62,863 bases of DNA from Rhizaria sp. SCN 62-66 (GCA_001724265.1 MEDY01000146.1:1-62863), one strand, 5' to 3'. Numbered from the stretch's first letter, positions 25,701 through 39,085 are shown. Made by a program: numbers and translations. The notes: generated by a model from the letters alone, not told the origin.

Positions 25701-26536
25701 TGAATGACGGCATCACGCGCGAGATCACGTACTGCCGCACGCCGATCACGGACGAGCAGGCGCCGATCCCCGAGATCGTGGACCAGATGATCGAGCACCT
25801 CCAGGCCGTAGGCGCCGCGGTGGACGCCGCTAAGGCCGCGGGCAACCCCAACGCGCGCATGCTCGTGGTGACCAACTGCCAGATGGGCCGCGGCCGGACG
25901 ACGACGGGCATGGTCGTCGCCTGTCTTTGGTTCCACGTGACGGGCCGCGTCAAGGTCAAGATCGACGAGCTGGAGGCGGCCGAGGCACCCGAGATGCTGG
26001 AGCTGAGGCAGGCCAAGGCCGCCGCGGCCGCTAACGGCACGCACCACCACGGCGTTGCCGTCGGCGACGCAGACGACGACGAGGATGACGACGACGACGA
26101 GGATGACGAGATGAGCCTGCACCGCGCCGCGCTGCTCAACGAGCGCGAGGAGGCCCGTGCGCGCCACAACGCCGCGCTCAAAAACGGCTGGTATAGCGTC
26201 GTCAAGGCCCTCACGCGTGTGCTCCCCGAAGGTGCGTTCATCAAGCACTTGACGGACCGCGTGATCGATCTGTGCGCCAAGATGCAGAACCTGCGCGAGG
26301 TGGTGTTCGATATGCAGCTGCAGCTCGAGACCGGGCTGCTGCGCGAGCATGCGCGCACCGTTGCCAAGGGCAAGAACTTCCTCATCAGGTACTTTTTCCT
26401 CATCTGCATCTGCGGCTATTTGGTCGAGTGCAAGCACGACGGGTACAAGACCAAGTTCTCGCAGTGGATGCGCGAGCGCCAGGAGATCGTCAACCTGCTC
26501 GAGGGCGTCACTTTCCCTCAGCCCTTCGCTAAGTAA
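16726..26536 (+). CDS. Paladin-like protein with three PTP-like phytase (inositol/phosphoinositide phosphatase-type) domains, about 3,103 aa
   Basis: Exons 16726-22056, 22216-24243, 24400-25500 and 25685-26536 join in frame. Three copies of W[IL]N[VL]REEP[VI].[YF]....PFVLR, ILKSD/APNFR motifs, and CX5R loops NCQMGRGR (~19135), NCHQ|GGRR (exon 1/2 junction) and NCQMGRGR (~25875). Ends TAA. Confidence 0.9.
22057..22215 (+). other. Spliceosomal intron (159 nt), paladin-like gene
   Basis: GTACGA...TCTAG, AT-rich; removal restores the CX5R loop CHQGGRR. Confidence 0.92.
24244..24399 (+). other. Spliceosomal intron (156 nt), paladin-like gene
   Basis: GTACGA...TATAG, AT-rich, phase 0, frame preserved. 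Confidence 0.88.
25501..25684 (+). other. Spliceosomal intron (184 nt), paladin-like gene
   Basis: GTACGT...TGCAG, AT-rich; joins to the frame encoding YCRTPITDEQAP. Confidence 0.9.
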
Positions 26537-26975
26537 AGCGTGAGTGTTCTACACTTGTTTGCATGCGCGGAGGAAAGGAAGTTCAAACTATGAAATGTAT
26601 ATGGATCAATTTGATTTAGTGGAGATGAGATATGATACCTGACTAACACTCTGAATGTGACCCAATATATGCCTTAAAGCTGTTTTTACAACAATAAAAG
26701 AAACGTACTTTTTATTTTTCAACGACCTCTTCGAAGTTGTATCATTGTGCTGAGTGATCCAAATGTTGATGTATTGAAACAGATACAATTTGGATATAGA
26801 TCGAAACAATGGCACTACGTAGTCCGTCATAAGAGCCTTGTTTCACTATTAAATAATGTCTTGAAAAAAAAATAAAAGTCTCACCGATGATAAAATAAAC
26901 AAGCAAGTTGTGCCACATAAAACATTGTGTGACAACGACCTCCCGAGGATAGACCGCGTTTGCCGTCTGCTTTGC

Positions 26976-29245
26976 TCACATGTTCGGCGGCGGATTGTTC
27001 TCCGGCAGCGCCTGGTTGGGCGCGTAGGCCCTCTCGAGGATCTTGCCCTTGACGCGGTCCTTACCCTTGGCCTTGGTCTTGGCCGTGATGAGCTCCTGCT
27101 TCGCCTTGGCGTCGTTGATGAATTTATAGTACGCCGGGTTGCACTCGACCACCAGCGTCGGGTTGCGGCCCTCGCCCACGGTCACGATGCGACCGTAGCG
27201 CGCAGAGTTGTCGGGCCCGAACCCGGGGTACGGGATCGGGTCAGGCAAGTCGTAGCTCGCCGAGGTGAAGAGCGAGCCGTCGTTGGCGACGAGCACTGTG
27301 TTGTCTTCGCCGATGACGATGGACCGCAGCGGCGGGTCCATGCCGCGCAGGTACTTGTTCATCACCGGCGTGCTGCGGCCCGCGCCGAAGCGCACCATGT
27401 TGTTGTCCTTGCCGGCACTAAGCGTCACAGTGATGTGGCTCGCCGCGAGGTACTGCTGCGCAGTCGCAGTCACCTTGCACGCCAAGGGCTTGAGAGACTG
27501 CCAGATCTGCTTGTTGCGGCCGCCCGTGGTCGACTCGGCGGTGTGGCCAAGCTGGCCCTTCTGGTTCAGGCCCCAGAGGTAGAGCTTGCCGTCTTCGCTG
27601 ATAAAGCCGTGGTGGTGCTTGCCAGCGGACATGAGCCGCACAGCCTGCGTGGGACCGAAGGAAAACAGATGACAATTTTTTGAAGTGAGATAGATGGGGA
27701 AGACAAATGAGACATACCTCAATACAGATGTGCGCGCATCCATGATTGAGCTAAAAATTGCTTCATACAAATGATATTTCGTCGCGTGATATTGATCCGT
27801 ACCTTTTCGATCTGAGGCTCGTCCTCCTCGTCTACATCTCTACTCTTCTTGGGTGCAACCAGGGGCTTGCCGTCGAGGCCAAGAGCGCCCTCCGCCGCAG
27901 CAGCAGCGGCGTCGCCCTCTGCGGCCTCAGCACCAACAGCAGCAGCAGCAGCAGCAGCACCGTCGGCGTCGCCGGTCTTGGCCTTGCCGTCCTTATCCTT
28001 TTCAGCCTTGCCCGCATCCCCAGTCTTCGAGCCCTTGGCGCCGCTGGACTTGGCCTTCTCCTCCATCTTTGCCGTGGTCTCGCGGGCCTTGGCCTGCTCC
28101 TCCAGGATCGCCTTGGTGACGCCCCACTTGATCTGCTTCGGTTTCGTCGCCCCCTTGCGGCCGATGTTGCTTAGCGCGTTAGTCTGCCAGCGGTACAGCA
28201 TCCCGTCCTCTAGCAGCACTTGTGCAAAGAGCCGGTTGACCACGATGTCCGTCACCTTGGCCGTGGTGGGCAGCGACACGCCCTGCTGGAACCGCGGGCG
28301 CCGCGCGGACGGCCGCAGCCAGTCTGTCGCGCGCCAGGCCCCGGTGTAGTAGACCATGCCCTCGGTGGTGAGAAACGCGGTGTAGTTGGGCGCCACAACG
28401 ACCTTGCACACGGGCGCCGGAATGCCCTTGATCTCGGTGTAGTTGTGCGCGTACAGCGTCAGAGGGCCGAGGCCGAGCTGGCCCGTAATGCCGAGCCCGC
28501 GCGCAAAGACCTTGCCCGAGAGCGTGACCACAAAGGAGCGGTTGCGCTGCCACGCCGTCGTCACGATCGGGTCGGCGGGACCCGCCGGGGACGGCAGGTG
28601 GTCCAGGAACACGGTTGGGTTCATGCGCTTGTACTTGAACGGCTTGACAACGAATGTTTCCATCAGGTTCGGTGCGGCGCCCATCAGCATGGCCTCGTTA
28701 GGGGCAGGAACGTCGGGCACCCACTCCCACTCGTCGTCGTCGTCCTCCACAGCCGCCGGCGCAGTCGCTGCAGCAGTCGCGGTCGCTGGACCAGTCCCAG
28801 TCGCAGTCGTGGTCGTGGTATACTTGTTGTCTGTCGTCGCAGTGGTAGCGTCGATGGCGTCAGACTTCGTCGCCGCGGCGGCGCTGTCAGCGGTATTAGC
28901 CGCAGTCGTAGTCGCAGCGTCGGGAGCTACCGCAGCGGCGGCGTCAGAGTCCGGCTTCTTCGCGGCAGTCTCGCCCTTGCTCTTGAACAGGCGACTGAAG
29001 AAGGAGAGCTCAGCGCAGGGCACCGCAGTAACGGTGGAAGTGACTGCAAGGCGCGAGGCAATCTGCGGCGCGCTGATGAGGCTGTGTGAGGCCGCAGCGC
29101 CGCTGGTGAAGCTGGAGCTGCTGCTTGAGCTCGAAGCCAGTGATGCGGCGAAGCGCGCAGCACTAGAAGTCGACACAGTGGTTCCAGGAACCGCGGAAGT
29201 CACGTTGCGCGCAAGCCGCGTAGCAAGCCTGGTGCGGGAAAGCAT
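26976..29245 (-). CDS. RCC1-repeat (beta-propeller) protein, probably mitochondrial, about 703 aa
   Basis: Exons 29245-27803 and 27644-26976. RCC1 motifs VVTLSGKVFARGLGITGQLGLG, AFLTTEGMVYYTG and AGKHHHGFISEDGKLYLWGLNQKGQLGH. N-terminus MLSRTRLATRLARN is Arg-rich and acid-free, like a presequence. Ends TGA. Confidence 0.8.
27645..27802 (-). other. Spliceosomal intron (158 nt), RCC1-repeat gene
   Basis: Minus-strand GTACGG...CGCAG, AT-rich, phase 0. Confidence 0.88.
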
Positions 29246-29930
29246 CGGCAGAGAGAAGGGCAGCGACTGAGGCGCGCGGCAGAGTGTGAAGTGGCAGCAA
29301 GACAAGCTCTCAGCGTATGGTCCAAAGGCAGTGCGACCGCAAGGTGGAATAGAACGACTTCCGGGAAACCTATAAAAAAGCAAAAGGACTAAACAAAACA
29401 AATGCGCTATTAGCGGCTATTCGTGCGTTGTCGGCGTGCAGCGATGAATATATTGCGAGTTATGACATCGGCAAGTTGAACCCAGAGACCAGCATTTCGA
29501 GGGCCGCGGACACTATTTGCTCGGCCACCGTCAAGTTTCCGTCCGCTATCGCGAACCAACCACAACTTGTCTCGCCAGTAAAGCAAGTTTTCATCGACAT
29601 ACGCAAATGTTTTTGGGATGCCTTAACTGTTTAACGCACGCAGTGCTGATTTTACATATAGTTGTCTTATCACGCGCGATGTACTCCTGGGCATTTGACC
29701 ATTTCGTCGGTGCAGGGAGGAAGATTCGAGCCTCTCCTAGTCTCCTCTCGGGAGTCCTCCACCGCGTCCTGCCGCTCACCAGCTCACATCCGGCGATTTA
29801 TGTTTTGTTACGCATGCAGGCTCGCTCCTTCTGCGCGCCTTCCTCTCTTTGTGGCCCCTTTATCGGCGGCCTATTTCTTCTTCCGCCCCCTTGCAGCCCC
29901 TCCTGTCTCATCACAGAGTACCTCTTTTTG

Positions 29931-32590
29931 ATGCAGCCACCGTCTGCGGCCGCACTCGGTGCCGCCGCACACACCCCACAACACAGTGACGACACCACCT
30001 ACACCGGGCTTCCGCCGCTTTCCAGTTCGAGCGCGGTCATGAACGGCACCAAGGCTGGTGCAGTCTCCGTCCCTCATCCCACCACAAACGTCTTCAGAGC
30101 TGCTGTCTCGACTCATTCTGCCAAGCACGGGCTCCACAGAGACAATTCTGGGGTGCCCGTGCTCTCGTCCACTGGGCTTGGGGGTTCGAGCAATATCTCC
30201 GCCTCCGATGCCGCCGCCGCCGCCGCCTCTACCGCTGCCGCCGCCGCCGCCGCCGCTGCCGCCGCTAGAGCAAGCGGACCGCCTCAGTTCCTCGCCTCTG
30301 CCTCGGCCTCAGTCTCAAGCACTGTCGCGACAACGATCGCGCCCGTATCTGCCGGCACGCCCGCGATGACGCACACCAGCATCTCAAACCTCTCGCCCAC
30401 GGGATCGTCGAGCAACAACTACCACTTCCCCAGCAACGGCAGCAACGGCGGTAACGGCTACGGGGGCAACGGCAGTGTGTTGACCGCCAGCGCGCACAAC
30501 CCGTCCGCGGTGCTCCCCGGCACTGTCAACGTGTCCGGTCTGCTCACGTCCTCGGCCCCCGTGCAGCGGCGTGTGCGGCCCTCGACGCCCACGGCGGCCT
30601 ACAGCACGATCACGGCGCTCAACGACATGGTCAAGTACGCTTGTTTAACAAAATGATAGATATATCCTTCAAATCGAATTGCGAGGCTAGAAATAAGATA
30701 TGAATGTATATTCATGCATGTTGTATACTCTTATGTCTAATATATATTTAAACTGTGATTATATCAGTCAGTTTTAACTCATCTGCTTACCCGTACTTTT
30801 CTCCTTTTTATGACAGCGTCGGTGACGGCTCTGGCAGCGGTGCCCTCCCGGCCGGCGCTTCGCCCTTTACGCTGGCCTTTGCTCGGCCGAGCCTCAGCGG
30901 CGGTCAGGGCGTGCCCGGTAACACCGGTGTGTCCTCGGCGCACGGCATGAGTCCGCGCAACGGCCCCGGCCTCAGCCCCAGAAACGGGCCCGGTCTCAGT
31001 CCCCGGAACGGTCCCGTGCTGAGCCCCAGAAACGGCGGCGCCCAGCAGCAGCAGCAGCAGCTCTCCGGCATGCCCGCGCTCGGTCTGTCATACGCGCAGC
31101 TCCTGTCGACCTCGGCGCCCGGCTCCGTCAGCGCGAAGGGCCTGAACGGTATCTCCGGCAGCAGTCCGTTTGAGCACGTGAGCGTGACTGGGAGCAGCTC
31201 CGACTCGAGCTCGGCCGCGGCCTCGGCGGCCGGCTCGACGCAGATGCTGACCCGCAACCTGAACTCTCTGAGCTTGAGCAACAACAACCAGAACAACAAC
31301 AACAGTAACGCCAATGACAGCACTCGCTTCTACAACTTGGCCTCGTCCTCGTCCGCCTCGACCCCGCGCTTCGGCAGCGTCGACCACCAGGGCAGCCACG
31401 GCACCGGCGTGCCCGCGCCTGTGCCTGCGCCGCCCGTCCATGCCGCCTCGAGCCCGGGCCACCTGGTGGTGTCCCCGCGCACTTCGGTCTTCAGCAACAG
31501 CGCCGCCGCCGCCGCGCCCGGCATCAGCCCCGTCGCTCTCGCGAACGGCGGCAGCGGCGTCAACGGCAACGGCAACGGCACGAGTTCCGGCCCCTCGAGT
31601 GCCCGCGGCGTCATGAGCGGGCTGAGAGTGGCCGTGCCGGGACAACGCGTCCCGCAGCCGCCTAACGCGCCCTCGCCATACACCAACAGCCACGGCAGCA
31701 GCGCCAGCAACGGCGGGACCTCTCCGCCCGTCACCGGTGCCATGGGTGCCGCAGGGATCCCCATGGGTTCCGTTGGCCCTGCCGGCAACGGCGCGGCCAC
31801 GACGGGGCCATACGACGACTTGCAGGACTACAGCTACGCCACCGCACGCGGCGCCCACGTCTTCGGCGGCAGCAACAACAACGTCAACGCCAACACGAAC
31901 AACACAAGCGGCCGGTCGAGCGTGAGCTCATCCAGCGCCGCCGTCTCGGCCGCCGTCTCGGCCGCCGCCGCCTCCCAGGGCGCCGCTGCCGGTGCCGTGG
32001 CGCCGCAGCCGCCCCAGGGCCAGCGGTCGGTGCCGACCCCCACGCGCCGCGTCCTGGCGCCCCTGGACCCCCAGTCGGCCCGCGGCCACGGCCATGGCAA
32101 CGGCAACGCCGGCAGCAGCACGGCTCCCGATGCAGACGCCAACGCGGACGCCAAGGTGAACAACGCTGGCGCGGAGGCCGGAAGGAACGCCGCTGGCCTC
32201 CGTGGCGTCACGCTGGCGCCCGTGCTGCTGTCGGGCGGTGACTCGGTGAGCAGCCCCCCGCCGCACTCGCTCATGACGCCCTCCAGCCCCAGCGCGAGCA
32301 TCGGCAGCAACGGGGGGCCCGCCGCCGCGCCAGCCGGCACCGAGGGCATCGGCCACAGGCGCTCGCTCACTGTCGGCGACGTCGACACGCAGGACGCGCG
32401 GGCGACGACGAGGGCTGGCAACAACAGCAACGGCGCCAAGAGCGGCGCCGGGAACCACACGGCTGGCGACGCCGCTGTTGCTGTTGCAGTGCTGAATGGC
32501 TCGCTGTCGCCGACATTTGCGGATCGGCAGAGCATGGCTCTGGCGCAAATCGAGCACTACAACAACACGCACGCTCACAATCATCACCAG

Positions 32591-32622
<32 letters not shown>

Positions 32623-33282
32623 CCAACATCAGAAAGATGCGAGTGATGTGACTCCTGGAAGTGCTCACGGTCCCCTCCACCACAGCCACAGCTTCGCCCC
32701 TCGCGTGCACACGCACACGCACAACAACGGGCACACCAGCGCCCGCGGCCGCGCGCAGCCTGCGCGCGGACATCACAGTAGGCCCGGGTCCGGTAGAGGC
32801 CACAGCATCAGCATCACCGACACCGCTGCGGCCGATGACTGCGGCTGTGACGCTGATGATAACGGCAGCAGCAGCAACGACGACGCCGGCGACGACGCCG
32901 GTAGAAGCGACGACGAGGACGCTTACGACGCGGATATGTACAAGTACAACAACAACATCAACAGCAGTAGCAGCGTCGGCCGGTCAGCTGGCTTCAGTTC
33001 GTTCACGCCCGGTAGCAGCAACAACATGACCGTGAACAATACCGTGAACATGAATCCCACCGTGAGTGCTCACAGCGCTTCGGCGGCCCCTAACGTCTAC
33101 ATGGGCGCCCCCGGCCGCGGCAGCGTCAGCAGCGTCATGAGCAGCAGCAGCAGCAGCGCCGCCAGCGCCGGGATCGCTGGCAACAGCGTCACCAGCAGCG
33201 GCGCAATTGCGCCCCGGCGTCTCGCGCCCTCCGCCGCAGCCGCTGCCGCTGAGGCCGCCTCAGCCGCCGCAGCCGCGAACAC

Positions 33283-33317
<35 letters not shown>

Positions 33318-34230
33318 CATCTCTGCCTCTGTCTCTGCAGCAGGGCCTCGTGAACAACGGCGTCGGTATCAGCCCCTGTGGCGCCACCGCGAGCAGCCAG
33401 CTCACCGGCGCGCTGTCTAGCCACTCGGACGCCCCCAGTTGCGCGCACAGCATCTTCACCAGCAACCCTAACGCGCCGGCGCCGCTGCTGATGGCGTCGG
33501 TGGGCGCGGGCGCCGGCAGCAGGTGCGCCAGCCCGGCCGCGGGCCGCTCGCTTTCCCCGACGTTCGGCACTGGGTGCCGCTCGCCGCGACAGAGCGACCG
33601 CGGCGTCGTCGGCGACCGCGCCTCCGCTGCCGCCGCCGCTGCCGCCGCTGCCTCGAACGGCAGCGGCAACGGTAACGGTAACGGCGCGGTGAGCGTGAAC
33701 GCCGGCTTCAGTGCCCACGTGACGGCACCACGCCTGACCTCGCACCACACCGCCGACGCGCTGGCACGCATCAGCTCCAACCTGCTGTCCGCGGCCTCCC
33801 CGTCGCCGTCGCCGTCCCCGCCGCTGCCCTCCGCGCACCTCCACCCGCCAGGCCACGGCCTCGGGCTCGGCTCCAGTGGCTTCTCCGCTTTGCCGTCACC
33901 GGCGCGTTCCCCCACACCGCTGCAGCAACAGCCGACGATCCCGATGCCGTTCGTGCACCCGCTCCGCGTCGCCGCGTCGCCGCGCAACGTCCTCGCCGCC
34001 AACGCCGCCGCTGTGATCTCCGGCAGCAACGGCGCCGTGTCGCCGCGCAACAGCGTGTTCCTGGCGCCGCACTCGGCCGCCGGCAGCGCGGCCAACGCGC
34101 CGTGCGGCAGCGTCGCCGGACAGGCCCACGCGCAGGCCGCGGCCGCGGCGGCGCTGGCGCACCACCACAGCTTCAGCAGCAGCGGCGGCAGCAGCGGCTC
34201 GAACGCCAACGCGAGCTTCAACGCGGGCGC

Positions 34231-34265
<35 letters not shown>

Positions 34266-35341
34266 TTCAGCAGGCGTTTGCGAGCGAGTACCCGCACAAC
34301 GGCACGGTCGCCGTGTCACTGTCCGCCTTCTCGGGCCAGCTGCCCCCGCTGTACATCTCCCCGTCGATGCCGCAGTCAATATCGCACTCGCAGGCCCCGT
34401 CGCAGGCCCCGTCGCGCTCCTCGTCCCGCGCGTCACAGCACCCTGTCTCGCAGCACCCCGCGCTCGGCGGCGGCCTGGGCTCCATCGCCGCCGGCTTGCC
34501 TGTCTCGGTGACGCTCAGCGCGGGCGCGGCACTCGGCGGCGGGCTGGGGCTCGGTGCGGGCGCGGGCCTGGGGACTTCCGTCTCGGGAGCGACGACGCCC
34601 CGCCAGCGCGGCCGCAGTCTGGCCGACTCTCCCTTCACGCCCGCGCTCCCCGCGGCTTTGGCCTCGGCCTCTGCGCTCCCAGGCAGTGGCGAAAATGACA
34701 GCAGCTATTACCAGCACGCGTCCCCGTACAACCTCAGCGTCTCCGGCCCGCCCAGCGGTGTCCACGGCCCCCTGGCGAGCGCGGGCTACTCGAGCGTGAC
34801 CAACGTGCTTGCGGCGTCGATGGCGCACGGCGGCGCGGGCGGCAGCTGCCCGCAGGTCCAGTACCTGGCTGTCGGCAACGGCGTTGCGCCCGGCACGATC
34901 GTTGGTGTCGGCGGCGCCGTGGTCAACGGCAGCTACTATGCGTCGCGCACTGCGACGCACACGCCTGACATTACGCGCATACACTCGCCCGCCGCGTCCG
35001 TCAGCTCCGCGACCACGCCCGCCTCGTTCTCGACCTCCTCAGCGTCAGCGTCAACGTCAGCGTCGGCGTCGGCGTCGGCATCCTCTTCCGCGACGACGTC
35101 GGCGTTGGCGTCGATGTCGGCCTCCCCGGCGGCTTTCGCGCTCGGCGCCAGCGCCGCGCTGCCCCCGCTCGCGGCCCACGGCCACGGCCACGCCCTCGGG
35201 CACGGCCACGGCCACACCCTCGGGCTCGGGAAGGTGACGACGCCGCGCTCGATGGTCGCGTCGCCGATGCCCATGGCCCCCGGCGCGATCTTCGAGGACG
35301 ACGAGGAGGGCGATGCGCTCGAGTCGCTCGTCAACCGGTAA
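29931..35341 (+). CDS. Large intrinsically disordered Ser/Ala/Gly/Gln-rich protein with many SP/SPR motifs, about 1,742 aa
   Basis: Exons 29931-30634 and 30817-35341 join in frame (AA|C). GC-rich codon usage like neighbouring genes; no recognisable folded domain. Ends TAA. Confidence 0.75.
30635..30816 (+). other. Spliceosomal intron (182 nt)
   Basis: GTACGC...GACAG, AT-rich, phase 2, frame preserved. Confidence 0.85.
30949..31033 (+). repeat. Coding 24-bp tandem repeat (SPRNGP[GV]L x3 plus SPRN)
   Basis: SPRNGPGL-SPRNGPGL-SPRNGPVL-SPRN; units differ mainly at synonymous positions. Confidence 0.85.
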
Positions 35342-38300
35342 ACAAGGCATAAAAGACACTAAGAACAACGCGCAAAACTAACAAAATAGCGAAATATGAG
35401 TCATCTCTTCTGTTCAATTGGACAGAACTCTGTGCTGTTTTGCCTGCTTCCGCGAAGAACTTGTGCGTTATCCGACAAAAGGCTACACGTCGGAGCAATG
35501 TTGTTCAATTGGACAGCGCAATGCTTTGAACTGGCCTTCTTATACGCTCTATGTGTGACGCGTGTGTACTCGCTCACTGTATACACGTGATCTCGCGTGG
35601 TATTTTATTTGTGTATGAGTGTGCTCCTCGTAACAAGTGCGTAGAGCCACACAACAAGAACAACATTAGAAACACCAGTGTCACTCATTATTGTAACAAC
35701 AACAGTAAGAAATACCAAAGAATGGCCCCCTTAAAAATGAAAGAAACGCAACGCGATTTCTATTTCTTTTTTGAGGTTCGCGTTTAAATCAACAAATTCC
35801 AGCGTTTGGAAACGTACTCTTGTTTCCGTCATTGCTGCCAAAGCGTTGATACCAAAAATTCATCCCGCCCCCTTCTTCTCTCATTCTCTCAATTAAGTCT
35901 TCCGTTAATCAACAGTACGGTGATCCACCCGTGGATCGCTGTTTCCTTCTCGACTAATGCACTTCATTTACATTTACAACTACAACTCAGTTTCTTTTTT
36001 AAAATAACATTGTTACAAGCTGTGCGATTTCAAATACTTTAAGTTTTCCGCGTCAATTGCTCTTGCTGCTGCTACGCTTCGTACAAGTAGAGCCACAACT
36101 GCAAACGCGACCCTCGTTTCATCTTCTCAATTCAACAACTTTATTTACAATTCATCTATTTTGTTCTTTCTCGCACTCTTTAGTCTTGTTGCTTGATATG
36201 GCAGTTCCTATCTGTCTTTTTTTCTTTTTTCATGTGTCTCATCTCCCTGCGTCTCTCCGTGTGTGTGCCTGTCTCTGACTTGTATTGTCTGTGCCATTTT
36301 CCTTTTTCCTGACTGTCTTACGTACAGCAAGTTACGAATAGGAGTTATAATGATGTTGTTTTTTGTGATTTTGTAGTTTTCATCGCGTTATTGTTAGCAT
36401 CCTAACGACTTGGAGTGTGTATCAGTAAGTATGTTACACGTACTCAGTGTACTGTCGTCGCCTGAGTTGTAGTTCAGACCATTTTGGATTCTTCCTGCTG
36501 TTGGTATCATCGCTGGCTTTGCTGAAGAACCAACAACACGACGCATCCAACATATTAGGTCTTGTACTGCACATGGACATCATTACACGACCATCGCCGC
36601 ACATGTGAACAAACAGATGATAACACAGCAGGTCTCACTTACGAAGTGTTGCGCATTCTGCCGTGGTGTCCTGTGCTGTGCTGTGATGTTTTCGTTGTCG
36701 GTCTAAGTATTTATTGGCACACCTACGTTGCTTTTTTTTGTTGTCGCTAAGAAACATTCGAAATATGTATTCTTTCCAATCCTGAGTGTGGTCATGTTTT
36801 GTGCCTGCTTATTGTGCGTTTATGCGTATTTACAGCGTGTTTTGTTGCCCTTGTTCATACGCATAAGCCTCGACACTTACCAGCCGCGACAACACAACAT
36901 ACCACCACACCTCAGACAGCGACGACAGCGTTACCGTGTCATGTGATCGTGTTACTTTGAATGTGACTGTGTCGGGAGCCCCTTCTTTTTTTTTTTTTTT
37001 TGCGTCGACACAAGTATCATATTATCATCTCGTTTGATAATCTTAACGTCATTAATACTAAATTAGTGATCTCTAAGAGTGAAAAGAAAATATCGTCAAA
37101 GCCTGAAAAAAAAATAACCCACCCCCCAAAAAATTCCACATGATCAGCCTCCAGTCTCGTGTAAGCGCCCTCGTGCGCCTCAGCCATTTTGTTGACATCG
37201 GCTTTGCTCCCCGTTTGTTTTCATTGCTCGCCGTTTGGTTACCTTCTTCAGCTTCACATTTTCATTTTCATTTACTCATCTGCTCATTCGTTCTTTTTGC
37301 TTCTCCTTTCTGTTTTTAAGTGTAGCGTGGCAAAGCATGTTGTCGCGCGCTGCCAGTTTCACATTCCGCCTTGCAGTTAAAACCGTTCAAATTGCTCCTT
37401 TCTTCATCTTATTGTTCTTTGTCCTTCTCATCTGTATGTTTCCTTGGTTGTTTGCTCTGTTCTTTCATGGTCTTTCCGTTGGTGTGGCATCACTCGTCTC
37501 AACGTTTGGCCGTTGACTCCTCGAGTTGTCTACACCAGCACTGCTGTAACCACGCGTTTAGTTACGCGTGTCGTCTTCTTTATTAGGAAATCCACATGTT
37601 TCCACACATCAATTGTGTTCTTTGTTCATCACTCGTATCCTTTAATTTATTTTTTGTCATCGTCACTGTTCTGCATCTTTCATTGTTCTCCACCATTATA
37701 AGACAATAGCATGCCTCATTTCCCGTTCGCATCCACAACAACTGTCACAACAACAGCGGCAACAGCAGTCGCAGAACTGTCTTGCTTTAGCACAGATAAT
37801 AGTGCTGTTGAAGTGTGTCTTCATGTCATAACCATTCATTGTGGCACTGACGAGCGCTCGACAAGACAGTATTGTATGTTTCTCATGTTATCCTCGTACC
37901 GACTGCTTGATGGTTTGCTGCCTGAATACGTTGCTGGTTTGTCATATGTGTGCACGTTTACTGTCCGTGTTTTATTGTCTCCTAATGTGTGGCTGATGGC
38001 TGCTTGTGTTTGTTGCGCTGTTTGGCGCCGTTGCTGTTGCCGCCGTCACTCAGGTTGACGGTGGCGATGGATGCGTGCTGCCCTTTGTTGTTTGTTGTAT
38101 TGTCAACGCATGTTGGCAATGTTCAGTTGAACAAATCAACGCAAACACTTCCCCTTTTTGCGCGTGCCCTTCTTCTTCTTCTTTTTTTGCTACAACCATG
38201 AGCAAGCACCGCCATCGCTCCTTAACTCGCCACTTGGCCTCTCCCTATTTGTATACGTACCTCGTGTTTTATTTATGCGTTTTTCATTTATTTTCCTTCC

Positions 38301-39085
38301 CCGCCGTTGCTGTTGTTGTGTCCTGAATATTAAAAGTTACATTCGCGAATTAATTGTTTTAATTAATCAATGATGTACCAGACTTTTGACTGGGGTTACA
38401 ACAACGGGGGTTACAACTAATTGTTGCGACTGGCGTTGCTGTTTGAAACTGTTGCTTGCTCAGTTTCTTTCTTTTCTAAGTCTTTACGTTTTAACAATCT
38501 CACCACCGCGCAAACACTCGCTTGTGTGCTTTGTGTCTGCGTGATCATTTCTCGTGGATGTGTGTGTGGTGTCTCCAACAGGTCTCCAATACATGTAATG
38601 TTTTGAGCTCAGGAACTTCTTCATCTGATGCATATCATCGCAAAATTAAAAACATGAAGAATGGTGTGTTTGTGATTATGTCGGTATACATTGTGAAACA
38701 AGTTAACATTACTTTTCGCAGAAATCCCTCCTATAAGTTGCTATCATCGTAAATGTGTAACTCTCGAGTCACCGACCATCGCTGATCGCGGTCACCAGTC
38801 TGCAGGCGAACCGCCTCATCGGTCAAGCCCAGGAACCAAATAAAACGAGGGACACGAACATCAAATTCAACATGATCGAACTATAATTTAAAGATTCCAT
38901 TCAATAATGTCGAAATTATTAAATATTTCACATATGTCTCGCCTGACGATCAAATACTCTCGCAATATCTGTTTTCTTAATTCGTCCTTGTAGGGTAACG
39001 GCTTTTGCCCATTTGCCTCCAACCAACCTCCCTGGCCACACATTCAACATCGGTCTCCTGTAACTGACACGCGCGTACAGTCCGC

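Noticed and set aside
35396-38752. Short Phe/Leu/Cys-rich + strand ORFs
   Set aside because: By-product of T-rich non-coding sequence, mostly with non-ATG starts and atypical codon usage
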